Below are positions 54,301 to 58,639 of a stretch of 61,440 nt of DNA, piece by piece. The notes beneath the pieces were generated by a model. It did no database searches, had not been told where the DNA came from, and saw only the letters and a program-made list of their open reading frames with translations. The stretch comes from Rhynchobatus australiae (taxonomy: Eukaryota): positions 99,170,931 through 99,232,370 of the forward strand of contig JAUZTB010000001.1 of the NCBI GenBank assembly GCA_034780895.1, read 5' to 3'. The position numbers and the translations under genes were made by a program. The number at the start of each line of letters is the position of its first letter. Positions within the stretch are counted from its first letter, which is position 1.

Positions 54301-56058
54301 CGGTTAGTTGTTGCCATGTCAAGAGCCAGGCTTGGGCTGTACATCTTTGCAAGAGTATCACTCTTCCAGAACTGCTTTGAACTTACTCCAGCCTTCAATC
54401 AACTGACTGCTCGGCCACTCCAGCTCCACATTGTGCCATCAGAGTACTTCCCCTCAGACAGAAGGGTATCTCTTTCGTGTTTTGGCTTACAGCAGTAATT
54501 TTACAATGTTTCTGGCATGTTTTAGCAGTGCTGTTACAATGGTTGGTAATGTTTGTTTTTTTTTAGAATGGCCATGTTCCAACCCACTTGATGCGAGTTA
54601 TCAAAAATATGCCAGAGATGGCAAATTTTGTTTACAATATGTACATGCACATCATTCAGAGTATGCACCAATACAGACAGGTAAGCAGCTGCTTTTATAT
54701 TTCTCTTGGCACCAAATTTCCAACTTCTTTTGTGTGTCCACCTTTCTCAAATAGGCACACAAATCTTTAAAGCCTATTTTGAAGTTGTATGAGATTTTTA
54801 GCGCGTTTGTGTTGTTTGATCATTCTTTTTATTCAGTTCCATCTGATATGGGCATTTGTCTGTCATATTATTGAAGTGTAGAAAATGTTATTAAAATGGA
54901 GGGTGGCACTTTACAGGCTTTTTAAGCCTAAAGGAATTTAATACCTATGAAATTTATTGTTGATTTCTATGTATGCTTTATGTAAGACAGTAGTTCTCTC
55001 AATACATCTTGTTGGATGGAGACCACTGATAAATTGTGTTTGCTAACACTCCTGTGGGGCACCTTGGATTACTTAGGTATATTGAAGGTGCAACATAAAT
55101 AAAAGTCATTAAGTTACCTGATTCAAAGCAGCTTTGATGCATTGCAATTGGGAATAGATGGTGGGATGTGTTACTGGTGAGAGCAGAAGGTTAAAATAAT
55201 ATTATGTTTTTAAAACTGCTGTTTACTGCAACGTTCATCCCATGAAGTTGAAATCAAATTAAGTGAAATTATGTTTAAACTTGACATAATGTAAATTTGT
55301 ATTTTATACTAATATTTTTTCTATTTAATGAAAAGCAATACCATAACAAGACTTTGCAGTGAAATCTGCATATATTTAAGTGCTTCGGATGATGCTTTTG
55401 GACTTGTTGTATTTGACCTGACAAGTGGCAGATTATCAAGCTTTTCTCATTTTGTACTGTAAATATAAAAATGAAGTTGGGGGGAAAATAATTGTATAAG
55501 ACAATGCATTGGTGNNNNNNNNNNNNNNNNNNNNNNNNNNNNNNNNNNNNNNNNNNNNNNNNNNNNNNNNNNNNNNNNNNNNNNNNNNNNNNNNNNNNNN
55601 NNNNNNNNNNNNNNCTAATCTTTTTGAATGTTGCCTAAGTATTGTTAAAGTTTAATATGTGATTATTATAAAAGTAAAATGTTGCAGAAATCTGAAACAA
55701 TAGCATAAAGTCCTCAAAATACTCAGCATCTGTGGTGGGGAAAGGAGTGCAGTACACCCACCAAGAGTCATTATAATAATATAAACATCATGCTGCATTG
55801 CTTTATGACTGTATGATTCACCAAGCATAATTCCTTTCTCATCTGCAGCAGATACTTCTGCCACCAGTCCCCAAGTCAATACAAGAGCCTGATCCTGTTC
55901 CAGTTCCAATCATTGAGAATGTTGAAGATATTGAAGAGTCTGTTCCTGAAAATAAAGTTGAAGAGACTCCAGTGGAGGAACATAGACAAATGCCTGAACA
56001 TCCTGGCAGGGACAGCGATAGTGAGGGCAGTGAGGATGAAGAAGAAAAAGAAAGCTAA
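278..56058 (+). CDS. AQR: AQR / Aquarius (IBP160), spliceosomal SF1 RNA helicase; multi-exon gene, exons 3-35 in window (5' exons outside)
   Basis: Hand-spliced exons give a continuous protein matching vertebrate AQR as recalled: [37 protein letters not shown]..., Walker A GPPGTGKT, motif II-like [38 protein letters not shown]. All introns are GT..AG with consistent phases. Confidence 0.98.
1732..1767 (+). CDS. AQR: AQR exon 4 (36 nt)
   Basis: ttttcag|A...AG|gtaatt; [11 protein letters not shown]. Confidence 0.93.
1892..2012 (+). CDS. AQR: AQR exon 5 (121 nt)
   Basis: cag|C...GAG|gtaaga; [11 protein letters not shown]...ENVPAWE. Confidence 0.95.
2757..2997 (+). CDS. AQR: AQR exon 6 (interrupted by spurious 100-N gap at 2846-2945)
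   Basis: tttag|ACG...TTG|gtaagt; [17 protein letters not shown]...[17 protein letters not shown]. Confidence 0.92.
4646..4714 (+). CDS. AQR: AQR exon 7 (69 nt)
   Basis: aacag|GAA...TCG|gtaagt; [23 protein letters not shown]. Confidence 0.95.
4951..5051 (+). CDS. AQR: AQR exon 8 (101 nt)
   Basis: ccag|TCA...CA|gtatgt; [22 protein letters not shown]. Confidence 0.93.
5311..5387 (+). CDS. AQR: AQR exon 9 (77 nt)
   Basis: aaag|G...G|gtaatt; [25 protein letters not shown]. Confidence 0.9.
8255..8565 (+). mobile_element. tRNA-derived V-SINE (HE1-like), degenerate
   Basis: B-box GGTTCAATCC, V-domain-like tgcgtgggttttctccgggtgctctgatttcctc, CR1-like tail; boundaries approximate. Confidence 0.7.
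9942..10006 (+). CDS. AQR: AQR exon 10 (65 nt)
   Basis: gtag|GG...GAG|gtaagc; [21 protein letters not shown]. Confidence 0.94.
10096..10860 (-). mobile_element. Rex1/Babar-like LINE, 3' fragment
   Basis: Minus-strand ORF remnants [14 protein letters not shown] and [18 protein letters not shown]...KKLQRVV; tail AATAAA + (CTTGA/TTTGA) repeats. Confidence 0.8.
10925..11225 (+). mobile_element. SINE-like interspersed repeat (family also at about 11860-12038 and 12321-12535)
   Basis: Shared core ggattgtgataaaaa...ggaaat..cc..tcctacccagtctggcct...tgtggttgact seen in three copies; B-box-like gttcaaatc near the 5' end. Confidence 0.6.
11400..11516 (+). CDS. AQR: AQR exon 11 (117 nt)
   Basis: aaag|GCA...CAG|gtgagt; [18 protein letters not shown]...LFSQ. 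Confidence 0.95.
11860..12535 (+). mobile_element. Further copies of the same SINE-like repeat flanking a gap
   Basis: gattgtcacaaaaatccatctgg...cctgacccagactggcct and gattgtcataaaaacccatttga...ccttaccagatctggct. Confidence 0.55.
12620..12770 (+). mobile_element. Short LINE 3'-end remnant with degenerate (GATTCT/GTTCT) tail
   Basis: ...gcaaaacaacgaatttcac...tgacaataattctgattctg; resembles the Rex-like tails elsewhere in the window. Confidence 0.5.
14082..14136 (-). repeat. 3' LTR of Gypsy element (visible part; rest in gap 14137-14236)
   Basis: Matches 17783-17816, then jumps to the 17895-17915 equivalent. Confidence 0.85.
17768..17781 (-). promoter_or_regulatory. Primer-binding site complementary to tRNA-Trp 3' end
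   Basis: Minus strand TGGTGACCCCAACG just inside the LTR vs canonical tRNA-Trp PBS TGGTGACCCCGACG; one CpG-type mismatch. Confidence 0.85.
17783..18021 (-). repeat. 5' LTR of Gypsy element (239 bp)
   Basis: Minus strand TGTAGCAACC...CGGCAACA; its + strand start tgttgccgttc..ggcaaaggtaagagaagactc is repeated at 14082. Confidence 0.9.
18424..18537 (+). CDS. AQR: AQR exon 12 (114 nt)
   Basis: tgtag|TTG...CAG|gtatga; [38 protein letters not shown]. Confidence 0.96.
18820..19110 (-). mobile_element. Degenerate V-SINE-like element
   Basis: ggaaaccagaaaaccc...cccatgtggtcatggaaggatgtgcaaactc is reverse complement of a V-domain-like core. Confidence 0.55.
19569..19800 (-). mobile_element. CR1 LINE 3' end fragment
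   Basis: catagaacagcacagtacaggaacaagcccttcggccc...tatctaaaagcctcttaaatg; typical CR1 3' terminus. Confidence 0.7.
19858..19961 (+). CDS. AQR: AQR exon 13 (104 nt)
   Basis: gcag|AGG...AG|gtaggt; [25 protein letters not shown]. Confidence 0.94.
20200..20870 (+). mobile_element. Penelope-like element remnant (RT C-terminus + GIY-YIG endonuclease)
   Basis: RVPWVLAFH...[14 protein letters not shown]...CNYRRCNTC, then ctagtgtactgc (LVYC)...tgtggtctcctgtacactg (CGLLY), a GIY-YIG-like motif. Confidence 0.8.
21091..21193 (+). CDS. AQR: AQR exon 14 (103 nt)
   Basis: tacag|T...TTG|gtcagt; [18 protein letters not shown]...FLLEML. Confidence 0.94.
21290..21410 (+). CDS. AQR: AQR exon 15 (121 nt)
   Basis: atcag|GTG...G|gtatga; [40 protein letters not shown]. 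Confidence 0.96.
21609..21750 (+). CDS. AQR: AQR exon 16 (142 nt)
   Basis: gtcag|GC...TG|gtgggt; [36 protein letters not shown]. Confidence 0.96.
22030..22450. repeat. Degenerate tandem array, about 33-35-nt unit
   Basis: Recurring ctccaca(a/g)tggntgggagttacactgcncagt; ccacaatg at 22313 and 22382 (two units apart). Confidence 0.6.
22955..23133 (+). CDS. AQR: AQR exon 17 (179 nt)
   Basis: tgcag|G...G|gtaact; [19 protein letters not shown]...KEEWE. Confidence 0.96.
23542..23709 (+). CDS. AQR: AQR exon 18 (168 nt)
   Basis: tgtag|CC...G|gtacgg; [14 protein letters not shown]...[19 protein letters not shown]. Confidence 0.96.
23810..24200 (+). mobile_element. DeuSINE-like (SacSINE1/AmnSINE1-type) element
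   Basis: gagttcaaacc head; ggaggtgctgtcttt...taaaagatcccatggcactat.tgaagaa core as recalled for the Deu domain. Confidence 0.65.
24301..24470 (+). CDS. AQR: AQR exon 19 (170 nt)
   Basis: cacag|GT...AAG|gtgagt; [26 protein letters not shown]...[10 protein letters not shown]. Confidence 0.96.
26330..26760 (+). mobile_element. L2-like LINE RT C-terminal fragment
   Basis: Frameshifted HLRNIAHF...GLD...LAGL...[13 protein letters not shown], like L2 HLRNIARL...SRLDY...KLQLIQNSAARVL. Confidence 0.6.
27078..27225 (-). mobile_element. CR1 LINE 3' end fragment
   Basis: agaacata...ctacagcac...aggcccttcggcccac...ctatccaaaagtctcttaaaagac. Confidence 0.65.
27462..27900 (-). mobile_element. CR1 LINE 3' fragment
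   Basis: aacataagtacataag...ggagtaggcca...; minus-strand [11 protein letters not shown]...LEAKSLNIF resembles CR1 ORF2 C-terminus. Confidence 0.65.
28873..29114 (+). CDS. AQR: AQR exon 20 (242 nt)
   Basis: tccag|GCA...AG|gtaaaa; [30 protein letters not shown]...PPF. Confidence 0.96.
29339..29482 (+). CDS. AQR: AQR exon 21 (144 nt)
   Basis: ttcag|G...AG|gtaaag; [14 protein letters not shown]...[18 protein letters not shown]. Confidence 0.95.
29520..31044 (-). mobile_element. Rex1/Babar-like LINE, 5'-truncated by gap, degenerate RT
   Basis: [16 protein letters not shown]...[12 protein letters not shown]; [16 protein letters not shown]; [11 protein letters not shown]; KELVIDFRK; 3' tail AATAAACCAATTCCAA. 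Confidence 0.9.
31500..33480 (-). mobile_element. Highly degenerate non-LTR (CR1-group) LINE, with a CR1 3' tail inserted at about 32520-32620
   Basis: Minus strand 32150-32440 reads as a decayed RT N-terminus (CAPEL..LF...WK.A...NYRPIS-like; [19 protein letters not shown]); boundaries approximate. Confidence 0.5.
33524..34261 (+). mobile_element. Tc1/mariner DNA transposon, IR/DR type; transposase mostly inside gap
   Basis: TA|CAGTGGCATG.AAAAGTTTGGGCACCCCTGGTCAAAATTTCT... and inverted copy ...GGGGTGCCCAAACTTTTGCATGCCACTG|TA. TIRs about 200 bp with inner repeats of the AAAAGTTTG(G/A)GCACCC core. TATAAATA at 33857; ATG at 33903 (MGSSKQLPS); ...KY* ends at 34040. Confidence 0.92.
35311..35380 (+). 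CDS. AQR: AQR exon 22 (70 nt)
   Basis: tgcag|A...ATG|gtatca; [23 protein letters not shown]. Confidence 0.95.
35493..35603 (+). CDS. AQR: AQR exon 23 (111 nt; Walker A)
   Basis: ttcag|GTT...CAG|gtacct; [37 protein letters not shown]. Confidence 0.97.
38150..38420 (+). mobile_element. DeuSINE-like element, 3' part
   Basis: tttggatgagatgttaa...cattgctgtttgt...gtttcctacatt...gtacttcattgactggaaagcactttt...tataaatagaagtcttt. Confidence 0.6.
38676..38785 (+). CDS. AQR: AQR exon 24 (110 nt)
   Basis: tacag|GCC...AG|gtgaga; [36 protein letters not shown]. Confidence 0.96.
41350..42120 (+). mobile_element. CR1 LINE ORF2 3' fragment, degenerate
   Basis: KCEVMHF-like start; [28 protein letters not shown]; CR1-type tail ccaaatggcctcctcctgtgctgta. 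Confidence 0.75.
42863..42998 (+). CDS. AQR: AQR exon 25 (136 nt)
   Basis: aatag|A...CAG|gtaaga; [15 protein letters not shown]...[13 protein letters not shown]. Confidence 0.96.
43480..43689 (+). CDS. AQR: AQR exon 26 (210 nt)
   Basis: ttcag|GTG...GAG|gtaggc; [13 protein letters not shown]...[14 protein letters not shown]. Confidence 0.96.
44531..44779 (+). mobile_element. tRNA-derived V-SINE (HE1-like), near full length
   Basis: A-box/B-box head (ggtagcgtagcagttag; gggttcaattccc), V domain, CR1-like tail gggccagaagggcctgttaccacgctgta, AATAAA and A-run. Confidence 0.85.
45180..45700 (+). mobile_element. L2-like LINE RT fragment
   Basis: ccacatgtacagtggcaatacccagcttta (decayed HMYADDTQLY) and aaatatcggaaagactgaa (NIGKTE). 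Confidence 0.55.
46684..46821 (+). CDS. AQR: AQR exon 27 (138 nt)
   Basis: tgcag|GAG...AAG|gtaaag; [46 protein letters not shown]. Confidence 0.96.
49008..49079 (+). CDS. AQR: AQR exon 28 (72 nt)
   Basis: gacag|TAT...CAG|gtaatg; [24 protein letters not shown]. Confidence 0.96.
49441..49628 (+). CDS. AQR: AQR exon 29 (188 nt)
   Basis: cgcag|AAC...AG|gtaaga; [27 protein letters not shown]...DAQGRARA. Confidence 0.96.
49700..49900 (-). mobile_element. DeuSINE-like remnant
   Basis: tgccacaggatc...gtttaatgtct...tgaaa is reverse complement of the Deu-type core seen at 23810 and 38150; a similar remnant lies at about 42370-42500. Confidence 0.45.
50496..50667 (+). CDS. AQR: AQR exon 30 (172 nt)
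   Basis: ttaag|T...CAG|gtaaat; [18 protein letters not shown]...[11 protein letters not shown]. Confidence 0.95.
50877..51047 (+). CDS. AQR: AQR exon 31 (171 nt)
   Basis: cacag|AAT...AAG|gtaaga; [40 protein letters not shown]. Confidence 0.96.
51746..51831 (+). CDS. AQR: AQR exon 32 (86 nt)
   Basis: tctag|GTG...AG|gtatgg; [28 protein letters not shown]. Confidence 0.96.
53625..53924 (-). mobile_element. V-SINE, same family as 44531, inverted, gap inside
   Basis: Reverse complement matches the 44531 copy: tttatttacagcgtggtaacaggc...gggagaacgtacaaactccttacag...gaaccccgatcgctgg...gctacgctac. Confidence 0.88.
54291..54465 (+). CDS. AQR: AQR exon 33 (175 nt)
   Basis: ttcag|A...AGG|gtatct; [35 protein letters not shown]. 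Confidence 0.95.
54567..54680 (+). CDS. AQR: AQR exon 34 (114 nt)
   Basis: tttag|AAT...CAG|gtaagc; [31 protein letters not shown]. Confidence 0.94.
55849..56058 (+). CDS. AQR: AQR terminal coding exon 35 (acidic tail, TAA stop; alternative acceptor at 55852)
   Basis: Pyrimidine tract + ctgcag|CAG; phase-0 open frame [16 protein letters not shown]...[16 protein letters not shown]; AATAAA follows. Only weak similarity to mammalian tail. Confidence 0.8.
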   Translation, partial: QILLPPVPKSIQEPDPVPVPIIENVEDIEESVPENKVEETPVEEHRQMPEHPGRDSDSEGSEDEEEKES

Positions 56059-56224
56059 TGATTTTGTTCAAAAAATTTGGACCTCTATCCTGAAGATTTC
56101 AGTGCAAGTATCCAGTGTACATGCTTTGAACATCAGTCGCCATTCACAAGCATCCTGTTGCAAGCAGTTTTATTTGTAGTCATGTGGGATTTAACAATCT
56201 ATTTTGTATTCCTAGTTGCATATT

Positions 56225-56230
56225 AATAAA
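56225..56230 (+). promoter_or_regulatory. Probable AQR polyadenylation signal AATAAA
   Basis: First canonical hexamer about 165 nt after the stop, followed by T/GT-rich sequence. Confidence 0.65.
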
Positions 56231-57764
56231 TTTTTGTAAAATAATATGTTTTGCTCTACCTGCATCCATATTTTTGACCTAAAGTAATAAATTTTATAGA
56301 ACTCCATACTAAATGTCAGGATTAACATAACGGTAAATTTATGCATGAAAATGGCATGAATGAAATCTGGAATGGGTTCAAAGTGCGACTGAAGAATATC
56401 TGCTAATACATTTCCAGGTTGTGTTAATCAATCTAATAACTTACCGTTCCTGTTTGTTGCCCACTGACTTACAGTGCATTCCCAGATGTTAAATTTCATT
56501 TGTTGTAAGCAAGCAGGTAAATGCAGTACATTTAAATGAGGGTCCAGAAGGGAGTCTTTCACTCTTCCCTTCTGGAGAAGAGAATTATACTGCATTTTTA
56601 AAGTCCATTCCATAAAGGTGTTGACACTTGAGTATAAACTTGCCTTTGCTACATTCCAACTCAAATAATTCTTGATAAAGACAAACAGGATCCTGTTTTG
56701 TGATCCAGCCAGGCCTGACGTTGAACGAATAAAGGCTCTAATCTGAGCTCTAAACTCACGGAGATAAGAGAGCGACCTATAACTTTAATCAAATTAAAAG
56801 GCATTTAAACTGGACATGAGGTTGTCATTGCGCACACCAATAGCTGCATCATGTTGAATTGGCCAGAGACAATTGGAATTTTAATGTGCAATTGTCAGAG
56901 CCTTGAGGGGTTGATGAATACATTTTTTTCTCTCTGGTGGGCACAAGTCGATGGGGTTGAAGGATAAGGAGAATGTAAGTGGAGAGCAATAAAAGAATGT
57001 CATTAGATGTCATACCTGGAGGCCATGTGAGAGGTCTAGGTTCAAAGGGGGGACTTGAATATGGATAGATGAGTTGGTGCAGTATTCAAAACAAATGCCA
57101 TTGTTGCATCAGTAATAATTGGAGCCTGTGCACTGTTGTGACTGCATTCCAACAGGGCTGAGGCACCAACTTCCTGCAGTTTTGCATCAGATATACTGGG
57201 AAATCTGCCCAATGAATCCTGGGGCCAGGTTAGACCAGGAGATGGGTTCAACTTCTCGACTCATTTTGAATGGAGTAGGAAAGTTTCAGTTAATTTATAT
57301 TTTTGTTTAATTGAATAAGCCAATTTCACAACATTTTGAGTAATTATTTAAACTTAATGCCTTTTAATATGTTTAATTGAATGTCAGAAACATTGTTTAT
57401 TTGTCATCTGGTTTCGCTTGTGATGGATGTGGTTTGATTCTCAACAATTTCTGTGCAACGTACAATCAGAGTGCTTTCGTTGAACAGGGCCTCGCTGTTG
57501 GATCAGAGACAGCTTTGAGGAAGTTCCTGCCAAAACATCCACTCGGGAAGAGTGGGTTTAGCAGCTAGGTAAGACATGAGACCAGTCAAGTCACCATTGC
57601 CAGGAAACTAGGGCTAATTCAGTCACCTGCTTCATTTAAATAACTTTTGGTGTTCATGGAACGGAAGTTCTCTCCTGACTTTGCTCAGATGTTATTGGTT
57701 TGGACATTGACTCCAAAGGGGTGAGGCTCCCACTTGTTATGGTTTAAGACACAAAGTTTATAAT

Positions 57765-57980
57765 TTTAAAAAAGTAAAATATTGCAGATGCTGGAAAAGC
57801 ACAGCAGTGCAGGCAGCATCTGTGGAGAAAGGAGCAGAGTTGGTATTTCTGGTTGATGACATTCCATCAGAACTGGGAAAAGTTAGGGATAAAACAAGTT
57901 TTAAGAAGCAGAGTAAGGGAGGAGAGAGCAGTAGAGAAGATCTGTGATGGTGTGAAGGGTAGGAGAGGTTAAATAACAAA
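57765..57980 (-). mobile_element. Penelope-associated terminal/UTR repeat remnant (related pieces at about 900-1100, 3440-3560 and 55670-55745)
   Basis: gcagatgctggaaa...caggcagcatctgtggagaaagg...cagagtt...atcagaactggga; the PLE link is from recalled consensus. Confidence 0.5.
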
Positions 57981-57983
57981 AGT

Positions 57984-58565
57984 TGCCTAAGACGTTGGTG
58001 AGGCCACACTTGGAGTATTGTGTAGAGTTTTGGTTGCCCCGTTACATGAAAGATGTTATTAAACCAGAAACAGTGAAGAAAAGATTTACCAGGTTGTTGC
58101 CTGGACTTGAGGGCCTGAGTTACAAGGAGAGGTTGCATAGAATAGGACTTTATTCCCTGGAGCATAGGAGATTGAGGGGTGACCTGAGGGGCATAGGGTG
58201 AAAGCACATCATCTTTTTCCCAGGGACAGGGTGCTAAAAACAAGAGGGCATAGGTTCAATGTANNNNNNNNNNNNNNNNNNNNNNNNNNNNNNNNNNNNN
58301 NNNNNNNNNNNNNNNNNNNNNNNNNNNNNNNNNNNNNNNNNNNNNNNNNNNNNNNNNNNNNNNGGGTGCTAAAAACAAGAGGGCATAGGTTCAATGTAAG
58401 AGGCGAGAGGTTTAAAAGGGACATCAGGGCAGCTTCTTCATGCGAAAAGTGGTGCATATTTGGAATGAGCTGCCAGAAATAGTGGTCGAGGAGGGCATAT
58501 TAGCGACATATAAAAGCCACCTCGATAAGTACATGGATAGGTGAGGCTTCGAGGGCTATGGGCAG
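57984..58565 (+). mobile_element. CR1 LINE 3' fragment
   Basis: KTLVRPHLEYCVEFWLP...KRFTRLLPGLEGLSYKERL..LYSLEHRRLRGDL; KTRGHRF. Confidence 0.9.
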
Positions 58566-58639
58566 GAGGGCAGGCGGCAGCAGAAGCTTAAAAAAAGCCA
58601 TTTTGATTGTCTAATAGAACTTTTAGGAAATAAATTTCT

